Positions 48,620 to 58,548 of a stretch of DNA of 64,000 nt are shown here, piece after piece (position 1 is the stretch's first letter; the number at the start of each line of letters is the position of its first letter). The stretch lies in sequence record PQ871103.1; one strand, 5' to 3'. This DNA is from Escherichia phage vB_Eco_ZCEC15. A model generated the notes under the pieces. The model was not told the origin of the DNA. It searched no databases and was given only the letters and a program-made list of their open reading frames with translations. Both the position numbers and the translations under genes were made by a program.

Positions 48620-49181
48620 ATTTTTCTAATAATAAATCGCTTTCAAAATTGGGATTTTCTACGAATTTATCAAAAAGATCATCAACAATAGTTAAGATAT
48701 TCTTTTTACTAAGAATACGCTTATTTTCATATTTTGTTTCAGAGTCAACTATAAGAGTAAAGAAATATTTCTTTCCCTGAAATTTTACCGTAGTATCAAT
48801 ATAAAATAAATTTGATTTTTGTAAATTACGTTTAAACCATGCATCACTTAAACTATAAACGCCAAGATAATCATAATCGTCGTTTAAATAACAAACCGTC
48901 CATTCAGGAGAAATGAAATCAGTAAATTCAACATCAAAATCACACGTCAATGAATGAATTGATTCAATACTGTTAATAAGTATTCCAGGACGTATTAAAG
49001 ACTTTTTACCTCTAGAAAATCTTCCGGAAAGACTTTCATCAGTTTCATATGAAGACCCCCAATAGTAATTACGTCCTTCTGCCATACGTTTAAGAGCATT
49101 TAGTAATTGGTCTGGAACATCAACCTGTCTTTGGAACTCTTCAAACATTGAATTGAAATCACTTTGCATTTTCATTTTCAT
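48567..49181 (-). CDS. hypothetical protein, 204 aa, C-terminal KECREYVK (e.5 position)
   Basis: ORF track. Confidence 0.6.
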   Translation of the reverse strand: MKMKMQSDFNSMFEEFQRQVDVPDQLLNALKRMAEGRNYYWGSSYETDESLSGRFSRGKKSLIRPGILINSIESIHSLTCDFDVEFTDFISPEWTVCYLNDDYDYLGVYSLSDAWFKRNLQKSNLFYIDTTVKFQGKKYFFTLIVDSETKYENKRILSKKNILTIVDDLFDKFVENPNFESDLLLEKFVKECREYVKAITIPSK

Positions 49182-49200
49182 TCCTATTTACTCCAAGTAT

Positions 49201-49218
49201 AAGGGGCCGAAGCCCCTT
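49201..49218 (-). repeat. UUCG-tetraloop hairpin (aaggggccgaagcccctt)
   Basis: Same hairpin as at 10645. Confidence 0.5.
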
Positions 49219-49222
49219 ATCA

Positions 49223-49815
49223 TTATTTCAGAGAATTAATGTATTCCTGAACATCGGCAGAGGTAGTTTCAACCCCAGAAATATTACCATTAAAGGTTTC
49301 AACTCGAGCAAGGGTATCTTCAATATCAACCTTAGTCAGTGCTGCAATTTCAACTACATCATCTGCAGCACTAATTCCAAGGGCATTTGCCGCACGAGTT
49401 TCACGGATATATTCCAATTTAACTGCAAGCTCTTGACGAGCATCATCTAACTCAACTACTTTCTTGGCGATTTCAATTCGCATTTCAGCATAACCGTCAG
49501 CCTTAGTAGTCAACTGCTCAGCTGTTCGACGATATAGTAAACCAAGTTTAGCATGCATTGTTACATCTTGACCTTCGGAAAGAAGTTTACGAATTTCACG
49601 CTCTTTTGATTCAGCCTGTCGATTCTTTTCGACAATAAGTTCACGAATACGTTTTTCTTCATTAATAGATTTAACAGAAGCAGTTTTAGATCTTTAATTT
49701 TATCAAGTAGTTTTGCTGCCGCAGCAGTATACTGTTCTTCAACAGATAAATTTTTAGCCATAGCAGAACCAAGTTTAGTGCGAATAAACTCAACAATTTT
49801 CTTCAGTGTGTTCAT
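49223..49815 (-). pseudogene. gene split by a 1-nt frameshift in a T4 (plus) / A4 (minus) run near 49684-49687; joined product about 196 aa
   Basis: Upstream ORF turns into low-complexity out-of-frame sequence after DKIKDLK; the frame of the downstream ORF is open and protein-like for about 40 codons before its ATG. Confidence 0.45.
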
Positions 49816-49872
49816 AGTATTTCCTTAGGTTGATACAATTAGATAATATCACGTTTTTAATAGATTGTAAAC

Positions 49873-50208
49873 TTATTCTTCGTCTATCTCATCGATAAAG
49901 ACGTCAATGGCCTCGATAACGGCATCATTGATAGCCAATAAAGTAAAATCATCGTCAGTGCCTTTAGAAGATTCTAAAGCATTGATATATGCTTGGTTAG
50001 CAAGTTCCCAAGCCTTTTTAAAATAAGGAGCTTCATCATCAGGGCCAACGAAACGTACACCTTCAAAGATACGGTTAGCATAATCCAATACCCACTGTAC
50101 AGGCATGTTTTGAGAGCGTTCGTTAAACTCTTTAAATTCCTTAGATTCAAAAAGCTCTTCGGGATAATAATTTCGATTACAAAAAGCTTTACTAAAGTTA
50201 CGTTTCAT
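49873..50208 (-). CDS. acidic hypothetical protein, 111 aa
   Basis: ORF track. Confidence 0.55.
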   Translation of the reverse strand: MKRNFSKAFCNRNYYPEELFESKEFKEFNERSQNMPVQWVLDYANRIFEGVRFVGPDDEAPYFKKAWELANQAYINALESSKGTDDDFTLLAINDAVIEAIDVFIDEIDEE

Positions 50209-50263
50209 AATGTTCTCCTCAAGTTACAGGCTCATAATATCTCAATCATGAGCCTGTGTAAAC

Positions 50264-50581
50264 TTATTTCATATTATTGAAATATTCTTCTGCGATTTCG
50301 TCGTTATCATGGTAAACTTTAGAAGACAGTTTAACATAACCTTCTGCTGTGAACATATTAATCACAACTTTTACAGTATACCACTGACCGTCTTCATTAC
50401 CCATTACTGCGTAAGTTTCAAACATCGGATGATCAGGACCGATAACTTTAATATCATTCACTGTACGACCGAAATCTTCTGAAACGCATTTCATAAAGAA
50501 GTTGAACAGTTCGCCGTAATTATCCATTTCATTCTCCAAGTTGTTTTTCTGTATCAGTAGTTGATAGTTGTATAGTACCAT
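50264..50581 (-). CDS. hypothetical protein (likely 87 aa from Met19 at about 50527)
   Basis: GGAG SD precedes internal ATG; promoter module upstream. Confidence 0.5.
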   Translation of the reverse strand: MVLYNYQLLIQKNNLENEMDNYGELFNFFMKCVSEDFGRTVNDIKVIGPDHPMFETYAVMGNEDGQWYTVKVVINMFTAEGYVKLSSKVYHDNDEIAEEYFNNMK

Positions 50582-50601
50582 GGAAGAACAGGGATGTAAA
50601 C
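50572..50601 (-). promoter_or_regulatory. early promoter (duplicate of 7742..7771)
   Basis: About 80 bp near-identical to 7717..7800. Confidence 0.55.
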
Positions 50602-50735
50602 AGTTTTGTGAAAAAAATTTTTAAAAAGTTTTAGGGAATTCTAGGGTCAGGAGGGACAATTAAAAGGTAGGATAATATATTATAAAGGGTATAAACTAAA
50701 TGATGCCTAGAGAGACAAGGAAAGGCCTAGATACC

Positions 50736-50763
50736 AAAAAGCCCCAACCTTTTGGTCGGGGCT
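50736..50763 (-). terminator. intrinsic terminator (10-bp stem plus U-run on minus strand)
   Basis: aaaaagccccaacc-tttt-ggtcggggct on plus strand. Confidence 0.6.
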
Positions 50764-50770
50764 AAGAATG

Positions 50771-51232
50771 TTATTTGATTTGTTTAGCAGACCAAATGCG
50801 GTCTTTGATGATTTTTTGGAGGTCTTCAACATACTCTAGGTCATGAGCATGTGGATTATCTTTGAAACTATGAGCTCGCGCAAGTTTCTGGCCTTCGGTC
50901 TTAATTATCAAAAGTTCTTTAAGAATTGCTTCATACCTAGAGATAATTCCTTTAGCAATATTTTTTTCTTGTGCTGCTTTAGGGTCAGCCTTAGGAGCAG
51001 GTTTACCAGAAGGTTTTTCGAAAGCCGCGCCAGTAGCAACCAGGCTTTTCCAGGCGGTGGTAACATAGTTACCCACAAAGCCTTCAGCTCTCATATCGTC
51101 GTAGAACTTGTACCGAGATTCGTCAGAAGCATCTTTATAAGAATATTTACCAGCTTTAATAGCAGCAGTTGCTACAGCGCGAACATCTGAAGCGGATGCT
51201 TCGGTCATTAAAAATTGAGCATAAGTTTTCAT
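50771..51232 (-). CDS. internal-protein-like protein, 153 aa, N-terminal MKTYAQFLMTEA
   Basis: N-terminus resembles the capsid-targeting sequence of T4 internal proteins; late promoter upstream. Confidence 0.55.
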   Translation of the reverse strand: MKTYAQFLMTEASASDVRAVATAAIKAGKYSYKDASDESRYKFYDDMRAEGFVGNYVTTAWKSLVATGAAFEKPSGKPAPKADPKAAQEKNIAKGIISRYEAILKELLIIKTEGQKLARAHSFKDNPHAHDLEYVEDLQKIIKDRIWSAKQIK

Positions 51233-51260
51233 TGTTATTTCCTGTGTTAATTAACTCATC

Positions 51261-51268
51261 TATTTATA
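51261..51268 (-). promoter_or_regulatory. late promoter TATAAATA (minus strand)
   Basis: tatttata on plus strand about 29 nt upstream of ATG at 51232. Confidence 0.5.
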
Positions 51269-51270
51269 CT

Positions 51271-51298
51271 AAAAAGCCCCAACCTTTCGGTCGGGGCT
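51271..51298 (-). terminator. intrinsic terminator closing the tRNA/stable-RNA transcription unit
   Basis: agccccaacc-tttc-ggtcggggct with GAAA loop on RNA and A5 on plus strand. Confidence 0.6.
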
Positions 51299-51305
51299 AA
51301 GCCTT

Positions 51306-51612
51306 GCGGCAACCTTGTCGGGGTTCCACCTGCTAAGGCAAGTGTTTGTACGAAACGCCGGGATTCGAACCCGGTTATTAAGTAGTTGACGCTACTCAAT
51401 ATTTTTAAAAGGCCATATCTCGACCATATCCGAACGTTCCGTCAAAAACGCTACTCGGCTTACGGCAAAGATATTTCCTCGAATCGATAATTCGGTGCGC
51501 CGTTTCTGCTGTGATGTAAGAGGGCATCAATAAACGTGAAGATTATTAACGCAATTCCTTACTCAGGGAACATCAGTCCGACGACTTACCGGTAGCGACC
51601 CGGTTTCTTGTT
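51306..51612 (-). ncRNA. stable small RNA region (species 1 / species 2, RNA C and RNA D-like)
   Basis: No protein-like ORF; tRNA-like T-arm CCGGGTTCGAATCCCGG at 51359-51374 without a full cloverleaf; position downstream of tRNA-Arg as in T4. Confidence 0.4.
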
Positions 51613-51689
<77 letters not shown>

Positions 51690-51692
51690 TAA

Positions 51693-52358
51693 TTAAAATT
51701 TCATTTTTCTACCTTTAAACCATCCTTCTGGAATTGGGTCAGTTTTCTTAATACGTTTAGAAACTTTTTCATCTAATGAATGAATCCACATCATACCAAA
51801 TTGGGAATTCTTTTCACCTTGTTGGTGTTTATTTTTGGCGTGAGATTCTTTCATTTTATTAATAGTTTCAGGAGTATGATGCTTATTTAAAAATCTGCTA
51901 TTATTTAAAAATTTTTCCCTGTATTCAGGAGTTGACCACAAACGTTTAAATACATTTGAACCATGTTTACGATATTTTTCTTGAAGTAAAATATCATTTT
52001 TAAAACGTGACTTAAACGATTTAGCTCCTTTTAAACTAGCGTCTTTCTTCTGATTTAGCATCTCAGGAATATTTATATGGTCCCATCCACCTTCACCACC
52101 AAGTTTTAAATTATACACATCTGGTCTATTTAAAAACTCTTCTGTGACAATATTTTTCTCGGCTTCAAGCATAGATTCTTTATCATCAAAATACTCTAAT
52201 ATTTCTTTAGAGAAATTTTCTATACCATACTTGTCTTGGGCTCTTTTTAATAATTTACCAGAACCCATATATCCATCATCTAAATTTTCGGTAGAATGCA
52301 CACCAATATAAATTTTATTATTAATTTTATTTGTTATTTTATAAGTGTAATGGAACAT
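51693..52358 (-). CDS. segB: GIY-YIG homing endonuclease SegB, 221 aa
   Basis: YTYKITNKINNKIYIGVHS motif; sits between tRNA subclusters as in T4. Confidence 0.85.
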   Translation of the reverse strand: MFHYTYKITNKINNKIYIGVHSTENLDDGYMGSGKLLKRAQDKYGIENFSKEILEYFDDKESMLEAEKNIVTEEFLNRPDVYNLKLGGEGGWDHINIPEMLNQKKDASLKGAKSFKSRFKNDILLQEKYRKHGSNVFKRLWSTPEYREKFLNNSRFLNKHHTPETINKMKESHAKNKHQQGEKNSQFGMMWIHSLDEKVSKRIKKTDPIPEGWFKGRKMKF

Positions 52359-52418
52359 AAATATCTCCTATTTCTAAGAGTATTTATGTTCCCAAAATAT
52401 GGCCCTGGGTGGAATTGA

Positions 52419-52490
52419 ACCACCATCTGGCGATTATGAGTCGCTTGCTTGAACCTTCCAGCTACAGGGCCTTGGTGCTGATTGACGGAA
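52419..52490 (-). tRNA. tRNA-Ile (anticodon CAU, lysidine type), CCA not encoded
   Basis: Acceptor GGCCCTG/CAGGGCC, T-arm GGTTCAATTCC, anticodon loop CTCATAA. Confidence 0.7.
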
Positions 52491-52491
52491 T

Positions 52492-52567
52492 CGAACCGCC
52501 GACGTCCTCATTACAAGTGAGGTGCTCTACCTACTGAGCTAAATCAGCGAAATTACGGAGGCGATAG
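52492..52567 (-). tRNA. tRNA-Thr (anticodon UGU), CCA encoded
   Basis: Acceptor GCTGATT/AATCAGC, anticodon loop CTTGTAA. Confidence 0.8.
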
Positions 52568-52574
52568 GATTTGA

Positions 52575-52661
52575 ACCTATGAGTCGCCGGAGCGACTGCC
52601 GGTTTTCAAGACCGGTGCATTAAACCACTCTGCCACGCCTCCAGTCTCCATACAAGGATTT
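52575..52661 (-). tRNA. tRNA-Ser (anticodon UGA), long variable arm
   Basis: Acceptor GGAGGCG/CGCCTCC, anticodon loop CTTGAAA. Confidence 0.8.
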
Positions 52662-52663
52662 GA

Positions 52664-52821
<158 letters not shown>

Positions 52822-52826
52822 GGACT

Positions 52827-52913
52827 CGAACCCACAAGGAAATCATTCCGCAGCATTTTAAGTGCTGTGCCTTTACCAATTTGACCATTCTCGCGCTGGG
52901 AATAAAGGACTCG
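52827..52913 (-). tRNA. tRNA-Leu (anticodon UAA), long variable arm, CCA encoded
   Basis: Acceptor GCGAGAA/TTCTCGC, anticodon loop CTTAAAA. Confidence 0.8.
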
Positions 52914-52914
52914 A

Positions 52915-52987
52915 ACCTTTGCATCCTGGAATCAAAATCCAGTGCCTTACCAACTTGGCTAATTCCCAATTATTAACAAAGGCTCTT
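52915..52987 (-). tRNA. tRNA-Gln (anticodon UUG)
   Basis: Acceptor TGGGAAT/ATTCCCA, anticodon loop TTTTGAT. Confidence 0.8.
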
Positions 52988-53054
52988 AAGCAAGAACCCT
53001 TGATGATAGAGGGTATTAATCAGTGCGATATGAGTTAATAATAACAAATAATTC

Positions 53055-53579
53055 TTAAAGCAAATTAAACATTTTAACGGTCGGCAAAACAATTTCTTCT
53101 TCTATATAAGAGTATTTAACACTCTCAACTACACGCAAAAAATCATAATCATAATACTCAGAAGCATTACCTAAAATATTAATAAGTCCTTCAAGCACCT
53201 TATTACTATTCACAAAGAATAAGTCAAATACACGTTCTTCATCTTCTTCAGATTTATTACCAAGATCAACTTCTATGCGAAAGACCTTTTTAATGAATTC
53301 TGGATAAAGCTGATCTGAGAACAGTCCTTCAACCAAGTATTCATAAATAAAAAGAGATTGCTCGCTGAACAAACCATTACCACAATAGCGCTCAATTTTA
53401 GTACTAGAATATCTGCTTTTAAACTTCTTTAAAAGATACTGAAATTGTAAGATTTCATGCTCTTCTACGCCAAACAGTGTTTTGGTTTTATAGTTGTCAC
53501 CATCATTTTCCCAGGTAGTGACATCAATTACGTAACCCTGCGGAATTGTAGTACCCAAACAAATATTCATTTTCACCAC
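53055..53579 (-). CDS. hypothetical protein, 174 aa
   Basis: ORF track. Confidence 0.55.
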   Translation of the reverse strand: MVKMNICLGTTIPQGYVIDVTTWENDGDNYKTKTLFGVEEHEILQFQYLLKKFKSRYSSTKIERYCGNGLFSEQSLFIYEYLVEGLFSDQLYPEFIKKVFRIEVDLGNKSEEDEERVFDLFFVNSNKVLEGLINILGNASEYYDYDFLRVVESVKYSYIEEEIVLPTVKMFNLL

Positions 53580-53863
53580 GCTGCATTAATGTAAGTATAT
53601 TTAATACATTCAAGACCCAAAGGATTCTTGAAAATATCATATTCAAGAGGACCTTTTTCTGTTTCGATAAAGAAATCAAAATTTACTGTATTAAATTTAC
53701 GGTCTTCCTTCACTAATTTAACTTGTGAAGATGAACGGTCAATGTAAACCTTTTCAACTTCAAAATATGTTAAAATGCCATAATCATCAATCAAAGCTTT
53801 AGCCGCGTCTTGATCATATTTATATCCATTTTCAATGGATGATACTTTCGCATAAAGAATCAT
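53573..53863 (-). CDS. hypothetical protein, 96 aa
   Basis: ORF track. Confidence 0.55.
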   Translation of the reverse strand: MILYAKVSSIENGYKYDQDAAKALIDDYGILTYFEVEKVYIDRSSSQVKLVKEDRKFNTVNFDFFIETEKGPLEYDIFKNPLGLECIKYTYINAAW

Positions 53864-53865
53864 TA

Positions 53866-54264
53866 TCAGCCTTCATCAACAATAGTGTGAGTATTAGCAT
53901 TTACAATTTGCCACCAATCAAAGCGATTAGAATCCATCGGTTTGTTTTCATTTTCTTTGATAATGTCACGGAGTTCATCTTCAGAGAATGCTTTAGCAAT
54001 TAAATCGGTATACCCACCACGGGGATAATAATTATCACCTGCAAACAAAAGGAAATTTACCTTCCCGGAAGCAACATATGCTTCCTTAGGATACTTGTTT
54101 CCTGCGTGGTCAACCACTTCAATATAACGGTAAGGAATATCGGTTCTTTCAACCCATTGCCATGCCGCCGCAGGGGAATCGAAAGCATCTACACCTAAAC
54201 GATTATCTTCATCTTTAGACGGATTATTTTCGTAATCCGCATATACATAATATTCAACGTTCAT
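53866..54264 (-). CDS. hypothetical protein, 132 aa
   Basis: ORF track. Confidence 0.55.
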   Translation of the reverse strand: MNVEYYVYADYENNPSKDEDNRLGVDAFDSPAAAWQWVERTDIPYRYIEVVDHAGNKYPKEAYVASGKVNFLLFAGDNYYPRGGYTDLIAKAFSEDELRDIIKENENKPMDSNRFDWWQIVNANTHTIVDEG

Positions 54265-54449
54265 TATTCACCTTTAGAAATTTTATCCATAACAATAGCA
54301 ATTAAACCAATTAAAAATGCTACTACAAGTGAAAACACATTTTCTGCTGTAGTCAATAATCCACATATAAATCCAACAAACATTGAAAAACTAAAAGCGG
54401 AAGCAGAAATTGCAATAGCAACATTTCGAATTAATTCACAACGTTTCAT
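54264..54449 (-). CDS. small membrane protein, 61 aa
   Basis: Hydrophobic throughout. Confidence 0.5.
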   Translation of the reverse strand: MKRCELIRNVAIAISASAFSFSMFVGFICGLLTTAENVFSLVVAFLIGLIAIVMDKISKGE

Positions 54450-54464
54450 TTTATTCTCCTCAGT

Positions 54465-54495
54465 AGTAAATAGGGTAATAGTATCACTACCCTAT
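54465..54495 (-). promoter_or_regulatory. promoter-early stem-loop (PeSL-like) module: dyad AGGGTA/TACCCT around -10, GTTTAC -35
   Basis: Inverted repeat flanking atagtatcac core; compare 54763 and 55093. Confidence 0.5.
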
Positions 54496-54507
54496 CTAAA
54501 AGTAAAC

Positions 54508-54741
54508 TTATTTTTTACGAAAAATTGATTTATTTTCTGCTGCCCATTTTTCAATAACTGCAGCAGGACCAGTAACAACAATTTTATCACCGTAATCTTC
54601 TGCGGCGAGTTGACCGAAATTATCTAATGCATCACGAAGAACTCCATGAGGCATTTCACCCATTTTATCTTTCTTGCCAGTGTAAATAAACTCAACTTTT
54701 ACATCAGCAGTTTCAGCAATAAATTCTTGGTAAGTTTTCAT
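54508..54741 (-). CDS. internal-protein-like protein (about 77 aa from MKTYQEFIAE)
   Basis: N-terminus MKTYQEFIAE resembles the T4 internal-protein capsid-targeting sequence. Confidence 0.6.
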   Translation of the reverse strand: MKTYQEFIAETADVKVEFIYTGKKDKMGEMPHGVLRDALDNFGQLAAEDYGDKIVVTGPAAVIEKWAAENKSIFRKK

Positions 54742-54762
54742 TTTGATTTCCATTTGGTTTTG

Positions 54763-54795
54763 TTTTGATAGGGTAATAGTATCACAACTAAAACC
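54763..54795 (-). promoter_or_regulatory. PeSL-like module: dyad ATAGGGT/ACCCTAT around -10
   Basis: As above with different arm sequence. Confidence 0.5.
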
Positions 54796-54817
54796 CTATG
54801 TAAACAACTTTGTGAAA

Positions 54818-55075
54818 TTATTTTAAATCTTCTAATCGTTTCTTCATCTTAGAACCATTTTTAGCAATTTCTCCTGCATCGGAGCATAATGCTAAAAGTG
54901 CTTTAACTTTAGTTTGGTCTCCTTTAAAAGATGAAGGATCGACCGCAGCAGCAAGTTCTTTAATACGAGAGAAAAGACGCTCAGCTTCAGCTAAAGCCAT
55001 TCCAAGCTTTACTTCCATACCGTGGGAAGATTCAGTGATAGTAGTTTTTGTAGCAAACTCTTTGAAAGTTTTCAT
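54818..55075 (-). CDS. internal-protein-like protein, 85 aa, N-terminal MKTFKEFATK
   Basis: CTS-like N-terminus; flanked by PeSL-like modules. Confidence 0.55.
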   Translation of the reverse strand: MKTFKEFATKTTITESSHGMEVKLGMALAEAERLFSRIKELAAAVDPSSFKGDQTKVKALLALCSDAGEIAKNGSKMKKRLEDLK

Positions 55076-55092
55076 TTTTATTTTCCTAATTA

Positions 55093-55125
55093 ATTTTGAT
55101 GAGGTAATAGTATCACTACCTCATC
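55093..55125 (-). promoter_or_regulatory. PeSL-like module: dyad GATGAGGTA/TACCTCATC around -10
   Basis: 9-bp arms flanking atagtatcac; GTTTAC -35 at about 55122-55127. Confidence 0.5.
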
Positions 55126-55148
55126 AGTATGTAAACAACTTTGTGAAA

Positions 55149-55833
<685 letters not shown>

Positions 55834-55834
<1 letters not shown>

Positions 55835-56559
55835 TATAGTACCTTTAGTGTATTTTTAATTTTAGAAAAAAGTTCTTCAAGAGAACCATCGTTTGTAATT
55901 ACTAAATCGCCATCACGAATTGGCAATCCAGCTTCTGTAATATGTGTATCATTGGATTTTTGACCAGGACGAACTACATGAATTACTGTAGCACCCATCG
56001 CCCTAGCCGCATCCATTTCATGATCTTGACGGGTATCAGGAACGATATAATAATCATAACCTGAGTTAAATTTATCAAGATAATCTAAAGCAAATAATTT
56101 TACCCAGTACATGCGGTCGAAGTTATTAACAATCAAATCCGTACCTAGGGCTTGCATCAGACGACGGACTGACCATTGATCTTCAATATTATTTATAACG
56201 TCAATAATCTTGTTAAATGCTACGGAATTAACTGATTCTTGTCCTTCGTCATCAAAAACAAACACACCTTTAATTGGGCTTTTACCATTAAGATAGCAAA
56301 ATGCTTGTTCCATAATCGTGATTACTTCTAATTTAGTTAGATTTAAATTAGTCTCACGATCATAGTCAATTCCTTCAAACTCTTTACGAGTTAAGCAAGG
56401 ATAGTCGGTATTTGCTGCAAATACTCCCCATGCATAAGCCAATGCATCCTTAATAGGACCAGCAAGTTGGTATTTAACTGCAGAATAATTGCTCATGATA
56501 AAATCTGCAGTAGTATCTTTTCCACTACGCTTTACACCGCTTAAAAAGATTAGTTTCAT
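55834..56559 (-). CDS. 1: dNMP kinase gp1, 241 aa
   Basis: P-loop GVKRSGKDT; matches T4 gp1. Confidence 0.95.
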
Positions 56560-56608
56560 ATGTTTATCCTCAAATTTAGTTAAGATTATAACACATGAAA
56601 CTGAAGCA

Positions 56609-57139
56609 TTAAACTTCCGCTATAATTTTTCCATCTTTTTCTACTTGAAAATACGTATAAGGAATCGTTGCTGTACATACTAAAGCTGGGTCTGAATCTT
56701 CCGTGTAGCTAAATTCTACTTCAGACAGGTCAGAAACCCAAGGCTTATAAAAATTTATTGACATCACGATTTCAGTTTTACTATTATCTAAAATGTAAAG
56801 CGTAATGTATTCAGGACCTGTTTTTTGGGCAGTATTTTCGCCTGTAAGATAGTTACTAGTTCCTAGCATCCATTCATACATTCCTATCCACGACTTAAGC
56901 TCTTCATCAACTATAAATCTCACGATGAGTGGATCGTACTCAAACGTAACTCCTGGACGCTGTGCTCGACCTAGTCCAAACGGCCCAGTCACGGTATCAG
57001 TAACAGGTATTCTAATTCCTGGAATAGGAACTGACTGAGCATTTAAAGTAAAAGCAGATGTAGTATTACTATGTGGTATTGATACTACAAAGTTAGTTGT
57101 ATTTGCTTGGTTAAAAATTTGTTGCAGTGCTTGCGACAT
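56609..57139 (-). CDS. 3: tail tube terminator / sheath stabiliser gp3 (176 aa from MSQALQQ)
   Basis: GAGGAA SD before ATG at 57139; track ORF extends to 57220. Confidence 0.8.
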   Translation of the reverse strand: MSQALQQIFNQANTTNFVVSIPHSNTTSAFTLNAQSVPIPGIRIPVTDTVTGPFGLGRAQRPGVTFEYDPLIVRFIVDEELKSWIGMYEWMLGTSNYLTGENTAQKTGPEYITLYILDNSKTEIVMSINFYKPWVSDLSEVEFSYTEDSDPALVCTATIPYTYFQVEKDGKIIAEV

Positions 57140-57245
57140 ATATTCCTCATAATGCTTTATAAATGTTGGTGGTATAATGGGTCTAAGTCCCTTCCATTCA
57201 ATTCCAATTAGAACAAACAATAGAAAAGAATGGAAGATAATAGAA

Positions 57246-58070
57246 TTAGATATTTGACCAGACTTTGTTTGCAGAGAAACGTTTTCCTTTTGAAACGAAC
57301 TGCTGAAGTGGCATTAACACAACGTTCGCCCAGTCTTTCGGGGCGATTTCAACAAGGCTACCCATAATATTACCGGGGATATATGCCTTAATCATTTGGT
57401 CTGCACCTCTAAATCCTTTCACTTGACTCCAATCAATTTTTAATTTCGTTTTATTAGTAATAGTAGGTGTATTTGAATATTGCTTTAAAAGCTCTTCTAG
57501 AAATTGCTGACGAGCTTTAGGTGGAATATAGTGCAAGTTCAATCCGTACATTAAATTATGCTTACCTAAACCAAGGTAAATTATCAAAGGAAATTTATCC
57601 CAGTAAGGAAGAGTTTCCTTGTGTTTAGCATCATAAGCAAAAGCATATATTCGTCCCGGCTGCGGGCGAACAACTTTATGTCCTTTTACTTGCTTAATAG
57701 TTTCAGCAAACCACTTTCTGGTTTTATTATTAATTGCTGCACCTTCATTACGAATTTTATCACGCAATGTTTGTCTGAATGAATTTATCATAAGCAGTTG
57801 TCTTTCTTGCTTATTGAGTTTATTCATTGGTTTTGATTCAAGCTTTTGAATCTTTTCAGCCGTTTTAATTCCTGAAGCATATTTTGACATTGCTGAAGTA
57901 AACGTAGAGTATTTGATTCCTCTTTCTTCAGCAAATTGCTTTCCTGTCATTCCTTTTGCTTTGGCCTTTTTATATTCAAGACCTATCTGAATCCATTTCT
58001 TCTCGTTTAATGATTGCTTAACCTTTGGAACTTGGGGAGTGCTTTCATTAATTATTTGAAAAATAGCCAT
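57246..58070 (-). CDS. 2: DNA end protector gp2, 274 aa
   Basis: Length and sequence match T4 gp2. Confidence 0.9.
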   Translation of the reverse strand: MAIFQIINESTPQVPKVKQSLNEKKWIQIGLEYKKAKAKGMTGKQFAEERGIKYSTFTSAMSKYASGIKTAEKIQKLESKPMNKLNKQERQLLMINSFRQTLRDKIRNEGAAINNKTRKWFAETIKQVKGHKVVRPQPGRIYAFAYDAKHKETLPYWDKFPLIIYLGLGKHNLMYGLNLHYIPPKARQQFLEELLKQYSNTPTITNKTKLKIDWSQVKGFRGADQMIKAYIPGNIMGSLVEIAPKDWANVVLMPLQQFVSKGKRFSANKVWSNI

Positions 58071-58522
58071 TATGCCCCCTTAAAGCCAAGAGCTCGTAAT
58101 CCATCTTCTGTTAGAATTCTAAATTTTATTCCACGCTTTTCAGCTAAAGATTGTGCTGCTTTCCATTTGTCAGTATTAACAGAATATGTATAAATTTCAT
58201 TCATAAATCTTTTCTTCGCTGCAGTTGTTAGATGTGCCGGTTTAACTGGTGGTTGTGTTTCTTTTTTAGGTTTTATTTCAATAAAAAATTCTTGTCCAGA
58301 AGAATCTTTCATCCAAATATCCATGAAGTATCTACGTTTTTTCCCTTCTGCATTACAAAAATAAGGAATTACTGCTGTTTCACTACCCCATGCAATAATT
58401 TCTGGATTTTTATCTAACCATTCAAAAAAGAATTTTTCCCAATTTGATCTATACGTAATTTTTTTAGGGTCACCTCTATATTTTGATATATTTTTAGGAA
58501 CCCATTTTCCAGAATATGCCAT
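58070..58522 (-). CDS. 4: head completion protein gp4, 150 aa
   Basis: Length and sequence match T4 gp4. Confidence 0.9.
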   Translation of the reverse strand: MAYSGKWVPKNISKYRGDPKKITYRSNWEKFFFEWLDKNPEIIAWGSETAVIPYFCNAEGKKRRYFMDIWMKDSSGQEFFIEIKPKKETQPPVKPAHLTTAAKKRFMNEIYTYSVNTDKWKAAQSLAEKRGIKFRILTEDGLRALGFKGA

Positions 58523-58533
58523 TGGATTCTCCT

Positions 58534-58541
58534 TATAAATA
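58534..58541 (+). promoter_or_regulatory. late promoter TATAAATA for gene 53 (plus strand)
   Basis: Exact TATAAATA about 28 nt upstream of gp53 ATG. Confidence 0.6.
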
Positions 58542-58548
58542 GATAATA

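Noticed and set aside
51359-51374. Possible ninth tRNA suggested by a perfect T-arm (CCGGGTTCGAATCCCGG)
   Set aside because: No matching acceptor stem or anticodon arm could be folded around it; it is more likely the tRNA-like part of a stable RNA (species 1 or 2).
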